Shown here piece by piece: positions 16,704 through 25,287 of a stretch of 64,000 nucleotides of DNA. The DNA is taken from the IMG/VR virus record IMGVR_UViG_3300009159_000050, positions 1 to 64,000 of that record; one strand, given 5' to 3'. The notes under the pieces were generated by a model. It had not been told where the DNA came from. It ran no database searches and saw nothing but the letters and a program-made list of their open reading frames with translations. The position numbers were made by a program, and so were the translations under genes. Source of the DNA: a virus. The stretch's first letter is position 1; each line of letters starts with the position of its first letter.

Positions 16704-17348
16704 ATGCCAAACTGGGTATATAACGGACTAACTGTAGAAGGCTCTGAGTCATCTGTCCTTAAGTTAAAAGAGCAGGTAGGTAAGCCTATCTCTGTGCCAG
16801 TCGTTGACTGGAAGACTAATGAACTAAAGATAGAGACCAACGATAGCCCTATCTTCTCATACTGGAACATCATAGCCCCTACTGACCTAGATGCCTATCC
16901 TAAACAAACTGATCATTCATTAGATAAGCCATATGAGGGTGATGACTGGTATTCTTGGAATAATCGTAACTGGGGAGTTAAATGGGATGCAAGCAATCCT
17001 TACATTGGTGGAGAGCAAGTCAATGGTGAGAACTATGTTATTCAGTATAACTTTGAATCCCCTTGGGGAATTCCAGATGAGGCTCTAATTAATCTATCAT
17101 CTCAGTACCCTGATTTACTATTTACTTTAGAGTATGAGGAAGAGACTGGCTGGGGTGGAGAGCATGAGTACCTTAGAGGTGAGCAACTTGAAGGTATGAG
17201 TTATAACTGGAAGTGCCCAGAGTGCGACTACCTCCATGCAGGCGATCCTGATGACTTATACATAGAGAAGCACGAAGAGTTGGTCTGCCCTACATGTCAG
17301 TGGCCTGTGCTAGAATTGATGAAAACACCAAAGGAAGAGGTAAAATGA
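16704..17348 (+). CDS. DUF1281/YubB ferredoxin-like (Api92-like) protein
   Basis: MPNW..N; WYSWNNRNWGVKWDA; FESPWGIP. Confidence 0.75.
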   Translation: MPNWVYNGLTVEGSESSVLKLKEQVGKPISVPVVDWKTNELKIETNDSPIFSYWNIIAPTDLDAYPKQTDHSLDKPYEGDDWYSWNNRNWGVKWDASNPYIGGEQVNGENYVIQYNFESPWGIPDEALINLSSQYPDLLFTLEYEEETGWGGEHEYLRGEQLEGMSYNWKCPECDYLHAGDPDDLYIEKHEELVCPTCQWPVLELMKTPKEEVK

Positions 17349-17647
17349 AAACGGCAGATAGAGATAAACTACACAAATGTCTAGAGATCTTACACACTAC
17401 AGAACTAGGCCTACCCATGGTATGGCTATGGACATGGAGTGCCATTGTAGATATACTAGATGACAAGACATATCATGCACAGGTCAACCTTGATACTGTA
17501 TGGAATAAACTCTGTGAGGATGTAGCCGCAGGCAAAGGCTTCTCTCTAGAGTATGGGGCAGAGCAGCACTGGGATGATGTAACAGACTGGATGCACGAGA
17601 ACGAATTCATTATAGAGCCAGACCAAGAAGAAGAGGAGCAAGACTAA
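17345..17647 (+). CDS. hypothetical protein
   Basis: GAGG RBS; internal promoter at 17295. Confidence 0.55.
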   Translation: MKTADRDKLHKCLEILHTTELGLPMVWLWTWSAIVDILDDKTYHAQVNLDTVWNKLCEDVAAGKGFSLEYGAEQHWDDVTDWMHENEFIIEPDQEEEEQD

Positions 17648-18033
17648 TGGGAGCACGTATTAATTATATATTCAAAGATGTAGAGGCTGCAGTAGGCGAG
17701 CCAACTTCCCATGTGGTTCTATATAGCCACTGGGGTGAGACAGAGTGGCAGCGGGACCTAGCACAGGCGCTGCTGCATGCTAAACCTAGGTGGAGTGACG
17801 CCAGTTACTTTACTCGTATGATTATCAGTTGGCTTATGCAAGACTCTGTATTCAGTGCGACAGGGTTTGGTATCTATGCTATTAATGATATTAACGAGGA
17901 CCTAGGAGATACGACGGTAGTGATTGATATCTCTAAAGAAACTATCATTGATAACCAGGGAAATGTACTTGACTGGCAATTGTTTATTGAAGCCTACCTA
18001 CCAGTTGCTTTGACTGAGCACGTAGGGGTATAA
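17647..18033 (+). CDS. hypothetical phage protein
   Basis: MGAR...LYSHWG...RWSDASYFTRMI. Confidence 0.6.
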   Translation: MGARINYIFKDVEAAVGEPTSHVVLYSHWGETEWQRDLAQALLHAKPRWSDASYFTRMIISWLMQDSVFSATGFGIYAINDINEDLGDTTVVIDISKETIIDNQGNVLDWQLFIEAYLPVALTEHVGV

Positions 18034-18047
18034 ATACACCCTACACT

Positions 18048-18092
18048 AGAGGTGGCGCAATTTGTGGTGGGTTGCGCCCCTCTCCTCTTTTT
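18048..18092 (+). terminator. intrinsic terminator
   Basis: GGCGCAA...TTGCGCC stem plus T-run. Confidence 0.5.
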
Positions 18093-18116
18093 GATATAAT
18101 GTAGATAAGGAGAGCC

Positions 18117-18326
18117 ATGAGAAAAAAACTAGTCACGAAGGAAGAAAAAGTAGCAATCCAATTATGCAATATCTTGGCAGACCTTCGCCTTGACCTTGAC
18201 ATGATTGGTACTTATCTAGTAAGACTATCACCTAATGTAATTTACAATCGCTTGATCATATTAACAGATTCAGCAGAGGCAGAAAAGGAAGGGCAACATC
18301 ATGACTACAACTACAGAACTCGCTAG
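18117..18326 (+). CDS. hypothetical protein
   Basis: AAGGAG RBS; TGATATAAT promoter. Confidence 0.55.
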   Translation: MRKKLVTKEEKVAIQLCNILADLRLDLDMIGTYLVRLSPNVIYNRLIILTDSAEAEKEGQHHDYNYRTR

Positions 18327-18561
18327 CAAATGTGATATCTTAAATGATATCTGGATCAACCATTCTGAGAATGAATGGTTTGAAGACTTCATTGAGATTA
18401 ACGATTTGGGTTTGCCTATGGCATATTTTATTTGCAACGGTATAGTAGAGGCAACCCCTCTTGCAATAGAAATCATAGATGTAACATTCGCTGATCTATT
18501 AGAACTTTTAGAGATTGAGGATACTGGTTTCAAACTCTTGAGTGATATTGTAAAAAGCTGA
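18301..18561 (+). CDS. hypothetical protein, paralog of 34858-35157
   Basis: FEDFIEINDLGLPMAY vs FKDFIEYNDIGLPIAF. Confidence 0.65.
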   Translation: MTTTTELASKCDILNDIWINHSENEWFEDFIEINDLGLPMAYFICNGIVEATPLAIEIIDVTFADLLELLEIEDTGFKLLSDIVKS

Positions 18562-18591
18562 GAAGTCAGCCCCTGCGGGGGCCCGACCACC

Positions 18592-19440
18592 CAAACCATT
18601 CTATCAAACCTTATTACGATATGTCCAAATTTTCCCCAGTTTTTGACATTAAGTGGGTTCTAAAAATTTTCCAGATTCATGGGCTTTTGTCAAACCTTAT
18701 TTTCAGAAAAGACATTACGACAGCTCAAATATTTTCTCCTATTCAAACCTTATATTAATCTATGTTATAATCTTTACATGGGAAGAAACTATTTTTCAAA
18801 GCATGGTGGACCTTACTTCATCAATGATGGGTTCTCCAAGCATACAGAAGAATCTCTCAAACCAGATAAAGGTCTTTTCTATTTTATAGTATCATCTTTT
18901 GCTATTGCCTTAGCTGCTATAGGTAGTTTTCTTTACTTCATTTAATTCCCGCGTTATAACGTGTTAAATAATCCTGTCATACATTACGATCACGCCTTTG
19001 GCGTCCCCGCTTTTGGCGGGGGAGATAGACAAACCCCTATATAAAATAACCCCTATATAAAACATTACGATAACAAACCTTTTCTCCTGGTTTTTGATAT
19101 ATTATCAAACCTTTCTATTATATTATTGGACATTATGGACGATTTTGTCTAGTTTTTTTATAGGGTTTTTAAGCTATAAAGGTTTGACAAATTGAAGGTT
19201 TGGGGGTATAATCCAAGGCCAGAAGGTAAGGTTTGACAAAAGGAAAGGTTTGTGATAGGAGGTTTGAAGGTTTGGACATTACGACGCCATCTGTCTAAAC
19301 GCTCAATCCTCCACTTCACTCCACTTTCCTCCACGAAAGATAAATCTAAAAAATATCAGTAAGATTTATTATCCTATCAAACACTATCAAACCACCCAAT
19401 TCGGACATATATCTCCTATAATTCCAGGGTATATAAACCT
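18592..19440. repeat. iteron-like CAAACC(T)/AGGTTTG and CATTACGA repeat region (candidate ori or pac)
   Basis: 7 forward copies then 6 inverted copies around an AT-rich core; perfect TTGACA-17-TATAAT at 19184-19212. Confidence 0.6.
18778..18945 (+). CDS. small membrane protein
   Basis: leaderless after TGTTATAAT; C-terminal TM. Confidence 0.45.
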   Translation: MGRNYFSKHGGPYFINDGFSKHTEESLKPDKGLFYFIVSSFAIALAAIGSFLYFI

Positions 19441-19606
19441 CTGGCTATCTGGGCTTCTGAGCTATCTGACATATACTGTATACTGGCTATATGGACATGT
19501 TCTATTTCTCCCTTATCCCCTTTATTCTTATTACTTGTATTACCTTGTATATCTGGCATAGTTGACCATACTTTACTTCCCCCGAAATTTCTGCTATGCT
19601 TGATAC

Positions 19607-19801
19607 ATGGACAAACCTTTATCTAAATATATCTCTGAATGCTGTATTGACTGTGGCAAATTCATCAGAACAAATGACAAAACCAAGCTTATCCTATTCA
19701 TGATGGATCATTATGGGGGAGATGGTATTAAGGTTTGTAGTAAGACTTGGTATGGTAAATTGATATATACCGTGCTAAATTGGAAGCATAGAAACTATTA
19801 A
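19607..19801 (+). CDS. hypothetical protein
   Basis: leaderless after TGCTATGCT. Confidence 0.45.
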   Translation: MDKPLSKYISECCIDCGKFIRTNDKTKLILFMMDHYGGDGIKVCSKTWYGKLIYTVLNWKHRNY

Positions 19802-20175
19802 AAGGAGATATAATGAAAAGTTCAATTTGTGCCTATAAGCGTGGTGAGCGTTACTTTACCAGTTATCACTGGTGTAATGAATGCCCACCTTCAGATGAGT
19901 ACCGTGCTCTTGAAAAACAACACAAACTTGCGTGGGCAAAAAGAAATGCAAAGAAAGATAATGTCAGAGCCTAATCTATTTGTGACATCTTTGCCTACTA
20001 CTAGGAACATGCATAGGCAAGGTCACAAAGGTAAGCGCAAGATTATGAAGTCTAAACCTGTAATTAGAGTGGGTGGCCGTAAGGTTTCTGCTGCTCTTAA
20101 GAATAATACAAGATATGCATTTCCTATAGAAGTATCGCATATTGGGGATACTAACCAATAGTGCCCGTGTAGGGC

Positions 20176-20219
20176 AGGGGATGGTTTGTTACCTCTATTT
20201 TGCCGCCGAACTTTAAAAA
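20176..20219 (-). repeat. right copy of inverted boundary motif
   Basis: reverse complement AAGTTCGGCGGCAAAATAGAGGTAACAAACCATCCC resembles 4886-4946. Confidence 0.55.
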
Positions 20220-20364
20220 CTTGACAAATTTTTTGCCGAGTGGTATGATGGATATATGACCCACGTGTGCGACTATGAACTAGACCTTGATGGTCAAGTA
20301 ACCTGTGCCGTATGTGGGGCTATGGATGATGATATGACAAACCCTAATGTGGTAGAATAGACTA

Positions 20365-20553
20365 ATGATAACAATAATTGCAATTCTAATAACTTGGTAT
20401 GCCACAAAGCTATATTACACAAGAAACCTTAAACTCTCAATCAATCCTTTAGATCCTGATATGGTGCAGGCTAAATGCCATCAGTGCGCTCAAATTATAG
20501 TAACCCATGTAGATAATATGAGATCACCGTTCTACTGTTTGCGTTGTGTGTAA
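20365..20553 (+). CDS. membrane-anchored zinc-ribbon protein
   Basis: N-terminal TM; CxxC...CxxC. Confidence 0.5.
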   Translation: MITIIAILITWYATKLYYTRNLKLSINPLDPDMVQAKCHQCAQIIVTHVDNMRSPFYCLRCV

Positions 20554-20777
20554 TGCCTATAGTATTATGTTTTGATTGTGGTTCACCCTTTGAGGCTTCT
20601 TACGATACCCCGAATATTACGAAGGCATGCCCTAAGTGCCAAGAAAAGATATGGGAAACTCAAAGCTCATTTGAGGAATAGCATGGAACTATCTACTTAT
20701 TGGATATATGGAGTTTTATCTTTATTCAGTTTATTTATTCTTCAGTTTATATATTATATTATTAAGAATAAGTAGTT

Positions 20778-21377
20778 TTAAATACCCTCAGATTTTGAAC
20801 TATTCCTAAATTCTGTAAACTCTTTAAAAATATCATCTGGTTGATTAATATTAAGATGACTGTAGTCTGATCTATCTTCTAATTTATAAAACCTTATAAA
20901 TATCATTTTAACAAATTCCCTATCCTTAAAATCTTTATGAGCTCTCCAGTGTACTTCAGTATTACCATTAAATATAATTGCTGAATTATCTTTTAGTCGG
21001 TAGGTTTCAAAGTTAAGCCCTAGATCCCATGAGGTGTTGGAATCTAGCTGAAAATTAATAATAAGATCATTTGTATCTCCATCAAGATGTGGAGGAAGGT
21101 TTGGCTTGCCATACTTATTGCTGTATTCCACAACGACAGCATGGTCAATAGCAAGTTTTATATTTGTAATTCCAGAAATGATACTATATATCCTGTCTGT
21201 TATATCTTTTGTTAGGCTTCTAAGAATGTTTCCATATTGCAGTCTGCCAAGCTCTTTACAAATACCAGGGCCACGATCACCATTTTCATAAGCTGGAACT
21301 TTAATATCATTTATAACCTTATTTAAATGTTTAATCTGCTCAGGTGTAAACAAATTATCTATCAGATGTATATTCAT
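20778..21377 (-). CDS. 2OG-Fe(II) oxygenase-like protein
   Basis: LPPHLD...HWR jelly-roll pattern; IDNLFT N-terminus. Confidence 0.65.
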   Translation of the reverse strand: MNIHLIDNLFTPEQIKHLNKVINDIKVPAYENGDRGPGICKELGRLQYGNILRSLTKDITDRIYSIISGITNIKLAIDHAVVVEYSNKYGKPNLPPHLDGDTNDLIINFQLDSNTSWDLGLNFETYRLKDNSAIIFNGNTEVHWRAHKDFKDREFVKMIFIRFYKLEDRSDYSHLNINQPDDIFKEFTEFRNSSKSEGI

Positions 21378-21545
21378 TTGATTTAATTATATCATATGGG
21401 TCTATATTGACATACTAGTCAAAATAGGATATGCTTTAACTATGAAAGAATGTAGCCATAAATGGTATATGCGTGATCCAGGAATTCAGTGTGTTAAATG
21501 TTTTATAGTGTGGGATATTAGTATGGAAAAGGAGATTGAGGATTT

Positions 21546-22448
21546 ATGAAAGATGCAATTATTATTCATTCCCCAGAGTATGCGAACTGGGTCTTTGACC
21601 CTAAGCATCCAACGCAGGGGCGTAGATTTATGCTGGGGCATGAGCAGGTAATCCTTAACGGAAAAGACCGCAACTTAAGCATTGAAGAGCTTCTTCCAGA
21701 GGTTCCACACAGTGATGACCTATTGATATGCCACGATCCAATTTATATCCACGATGTAACTGTAAAAGGTTTATCAAATGAATGGTATGGCCAACGCCAT
21801 GATCTAGGAGACCTTGCAAAGTTATTTGTAGGTGGAACTCTTACTGCCCTTAATGCGCTACTTGAGGCAAAGACTAAGTTAGCCATTCACCTTCCAGGAG
21901 CTAAGCACCATGCCATGCGAGACCACTCAAGCGGTTTCTGCGTATTCGGTGATTTCGCTATCGCTGCTACTAAAGCAACACTGCTTGGTAAAAAAGTTGC
22001 AGTCTTTGATTGCGATGCCCATCATGGTGATGGCACTGAAGCGCTAACAAAATCTAATCCAAATATTTTGACATTTTCTGTACACCAATATGGAATCTTT
22101 CCAGGTACAGGATTGAACTCAGATTTAGATAAGAAAGCTTTTAACTTTCCTCTTGCCTCTGGAACTGATGATGAAGGATTAACTGATGCGGTTGAATCAT
22201 TTCTTAATGTCTGCCTTGATTTTAAGCCAGACTTAATCTTTATTGCTTGCGGTGCTGATGCACTAGCAGATGACCCACTTTCTGGATTAAACTACACTGT
22301 GGGTGGTTATGAAATGGCTATGCGTAGTATCCGAATGGTTTACCCAGACACACCTATACTGTTTGGAGGCGCTGGAGGCTATCTGCCAGACGACCAGACT
22401 CCACACCTGTGGGGCAAAGCATCTCTGGCTTTAGTCAAACCAATGTGA
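21546..22448 (+). CDS. histone deacetylase family (HDAC/AcuC-like) Zn-dependent deacetylase
   Basis: GAKHHA, SGFCVFGD, DCDAHHGDGT, FPGTG, GADALADDPLS, GGY. Confidence 0.9.
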   Translation: MKDAIIIHSPEYANWVFDPKHPTQGRRFMLGHEQVILNGKDRNLSIEELLPEVPHSDDLLICHDPIYIHDVTVKGLSNEWYGQRHDLGDLAKLFVGGTLTALNALLEAKTKLAIHLPGAKHHAMRDHSSGFCVFGDFAIAATKATLLGKKVAVFDCDAHHGDGTEALTKSNPNILTFSVHQYGIFPGTGLNSDLDKKAFNFPLASGTDDEGLTDAVESFLNVCLDFKPDLIFIACGADALADDPLSGLNYTVGGYEMAMRSIRMVYPDTPILFGGAGGYLPDDQTPHLWGKASLALVKPM

Positions 22449-22580
22449 TATCATATAGATATGAAAGAATCTAAGTGCTTTTTTTGCGATAAGCCAGCTG
22501 CATATTTTGATGTTGTTCAGAAGGACTATGAATACATTGTTGCAGACGTATGCAATAAGCATTTAGTTATGGGATTATCT

Positions 22581-23186
22581 TCATAATTTCATAGCTTTGC
22601 TTTTTGCAGCAAGGTAAAGCTCTCTGTGTTTAGATAGATCAAGAGATTCAGTATGCTTTAATGTATCTTGATAAAGTATAGATTCTTTTGATGTTATAAG
22701 TTTAAAAGGATTTTGTGTTTCTTTATACCACTTTTCATATTCATCATAGTCGCTATTTGACCCTATTACATTACCCTCATATTTTTTACATATTGCCTCC
22801 AATATTTTTGGAGTATTTTCTCTTAGGTCTTCATATAAAAAAAACATATCTGCATTGCTTAGTATAAAATCATAGTGATTTATGTAATCATTTAATCTAT
22901 GTTCAAATTGTGTATTTTTTTCCATGGTATTTATAGAAGCCAAACATTCTTCTGGGCTTCTAACAACTGTTATTACTGGGACTAAAATGTTTTTTTTATA
23001 ATATTCTTTACCCACTCCTTGATCCATACCATGAAAAAAGTTTACCTTCAGGTCTGTATTAGTCATAATATTCCAATAAAGCCAGTGCCTGCCAGACCTA
23101 GGATAAGTTAACATTATTAAGTCTGGCATGTCGTGCTCTATAATAGGAATATATTTATTGTTTTCCATATATTTATTATACTCCAT
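22581..23186 (-). CDS. sulfotransferase-like P-loop protein
   Basis: TYPRSG (5'-PSB-like), VRSPEECLAS (3'-PB-like), YEDL. Confidence 0.6.
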   Translation of the reverse strand: MEYNKYMENNKYIPIIEHDMPDLIMLTYPRSGRHWLYWNIMTNTDLKVNFFHGMDQGVGKEYYKKNILVPVITVVRSPEECLASINTMEKNTQFEHRLNDYINHYDFILSNADMFFLYEDLRENTPKILEAICKKYEGNVIGSNSDYDEYEKWYKETQNPFKLITSKESILYQDTLKHTESLDLSKHRELYLAAKSKAMKL

Positions 23187-23361
23187 GCTGGCTTGACAAT
23201 TACTCTAAATCATAATATACTATATAAATGATCTGTAAAACCTGCGGTATGGATAAAGAACATATTGACTATTGGGATACACATCAAACTATGAGTGATT
23301 ATAAGGTGTGGTGTGCCAAAAGAACCTAGTATTATGAAAATGGATTGGAAATCATTAGGCT

Positions 23362-23622
23362 ATGAGAGAGAGTATAAAGATGGAAAAGTCAGATGGGTAC
23401 CTCAACAGCTCAAAAAAAATACAGAAGACTAAAATACTTCCACTTAGATGGATAGGAAATCTTTGTGAAAAACCTGCCACCTACCATTTAAACATGTCCC
23501 TACACTATATGGATCATGATGACTATGGTCTTGCTTGTAGGTACCACGCATACCTGTCAACACTATTGTATAAGCCTTATTATTGGTGGGGAACTTATTA
23601 CGAATTAAAGATGGAGAAATAA
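23362..23622 (+). CDS. hypothetical protein
   Basis: ORF in plus-strand cluster. Confidence 0.4.
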   Translation: MRESIKMEKSDGYLNSSKKIQKTKILPLRWIGNLCEKPATYHLNMSLHYMDHDDYGLACRYHAYLSTLLYKPYYWWGTYYELKMEK

Positions 23623-23771
23623 AATGAGCATGGATGAAATGACAACAAGAGAAGAGATTGCAAGAGCTATAGAGGCTATCCCCGTTGAGCCTGGAGTAAC
23701 TAATGCTTTAGGTATGCGTATCGCTGCTGCCAAAATTGCAAGGGGAGAAGATAATTATATGAGTAAATGGT

Positions 23772-23996
23772 TTGAGAGTCAGATTGACTTTGAATAACCA
23801 TTACGATATACCAGATCCTTTCACGGTATTTGTAGCTAAAAAGTATGCGAACTTTAAAGGATCTATGTATGACTTCTTTACTGGTGAATGGTCTTATAGA
23901 TGTGTTTGTGATGAGGTTCTTTCTGCCCCATCCCGCAAAATTATGGTAAAGGTTAGACTATATCACACAAGGAATGAGTGCTTAAATGGATACTGA
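23772..23996 (+). CDS. hypothetical protein
   Basis: CxC...H zinc-like motif. Confidence 0.45.
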   Translation: MRVRLTLNNHYDIPDPFTVFVAKKYANFKGSMYDFFTGEWSYRCVCDEVLSAPSRKIMVKVRLYHTRNECLNGY

Positions 23997-24331
23997 ACAA
24001 CAGTTTGATAATGAGTTTAATGTTGATGCTAGAACAAAAGAAATCGTTGATAAGATTAAGTCTGATGTAAAGCTAAAGTATGGAAATAAAAAACGGCATA
24101 GACAATAATTTAATTAAATATAAACATCTTCAAGACATCTATTACAGAACCACTCTGCTTCACCCGCAGGCTTTCTGATTCCACCATAAATAATTTCACC
24201 ATTGTTTATCTTATCAATTATATCTCCGTGCATATAGCCATAAACTATTGCCTTTAGGTCATGATCGCATTCGTTCATACACTAATGATACCATAATTGC
24301 AAAAATTCTTAGTTTCTGGTATGATAGATCT

Positions 24332-24568
24332 ATGCAAACAAATGGGTGGACTAAAGATCTTGATGATGAACAAAAAGCATACGTAATGGACTTAATCATC
24401 ACAACAGTAAAAGAGATTAGAGAGCAGATAGCCCTTGATATTGAAGCTACCGTTCCAGTGTGGCAGAGGCTAGGGTTTGTTAAGAGCCGTAGGACAAGAG
24501 CAGCCTTTAAAGTATGTGCTGCAATTGCAAGAGGACAAAACGAAAGGGTGCATAATGGCAATGAATAA
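24332..24568 (+). CDS. hypothetical protein
   Basis: leaderless after TGGTATGAT; REQIALDIEA...AAIARG. Confidence 0.5.
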   Translation: MQTNGWTKDLDDEQKAYVMDLIITTVKEIREQIALDIEATVPVWQRLGFVKSRRTRAAFKVCAAIARGQNERVHNGNE

Positions 24569-24686
24569 GCGTAAGTATGTGTGTGAAGATAAAGAGTGTG
24601 GGACAATTATTACTATTCAAGCAAAAGGTGATTTGGCAGAATCAATTATTTGTCCATGCGAAAAAGTTATGCCAGCTTCTAAGTAA

Positions 24687-24917
24687 ATGTGGTCATGGAT
24701 TCTTGCAGCAATTGGCGTAACTGGGATATTCTTAGTAGGTCGTAAGACTATTTGGGGATGGCTAATTCTTTGTGTTAATGAATGTCTTTGGATTGCCTAT
24801 GCTCTTGCTACAGATCAGTATGGGTTTATTGCAATGGCTATTGCATATGCCGCCATATATATAAAATCTTATATTCATTGGAGAAAAGATGAAAGGAAAG
24901 GAGTAACAAATGGTTGA
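24687..24917 (+). CDS. PnuC-like small membrane protein
   Basis: LVGRKTIWGW...WIAY...SYIHWRK. Confidence 0.6.
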   Translation: MWSWILAAIGVTGIFLVGRKTIWGWLILCVNECLWIAYALATDQYGFIAMAIAYAAIYIKSYIHWRKDERKGVTNG

Positions 24918-25016
24918 GTTAATTCTTTTAACAATCGGTTCATTTTTTGCTGGGTATTTAGTTTCATATTTAGTAATGACCGTTGGAGTAAAGCAAGATA
25001 AGCAATAAGGGTACTA

Positions 25017-25090
25017 GCGACAGTAGCTTAGTTGGTTAAAGCCCCAAACTCATAATTTGGTAATCGTAGGTTCAAGTCCTACCTGTCGCA
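25017..25090 (+). tRNA. tRNA with CAU anticodon (Met or Ile2)
   Basis: GCGACAG/CTGTCGC acceptor; CCAAA-CTCATAA-TTTGG. Confidence 0.85.
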
Positions 25091-25094
25091 CTCT

Positions 25095-25171
25095 GCACCA
25101 GTAGCCAAGTTGGTGAAGGCGTCAGTCTTATATACTGAAGATCGTAGGTTCAAGTCCTGCCTGGTGTACCA
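25095..25171 (+). tRNA. tRNA-Ile(UAU)
   Basis: TCAGT-CTTATAT-ACTGA anticodon arm; encoded CCA. Confidence 0.8.
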
Positions 25172-25172
25172 A

Positions 25173-25244
25173 GTCTCTGTAACTCAGCGGAAGAGTAGTA
25201 CCCTTCTAAGGTAAAGGTCGTAGGTTCAAATCCTACCAGGGACG
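25173..25244 (+). tRNA. tRNA-Arg(UCU)
   Basis: TACC-CTTCTAA-GGTA; GTTCAAAT T-loop. Confidence 0.8.
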
Positions 25245-25287
25245 CAGAGAGATGCTATAATGTAATGAAAGTAAAAGGGGTGTTGCG

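Noticed and set aside
6410-18678. Second nested inverted pair AATCTG(G)AAAATTTTT at ~6410 and ~18661
   Set aside because: Low-complexity AT-rich match that could be chance.
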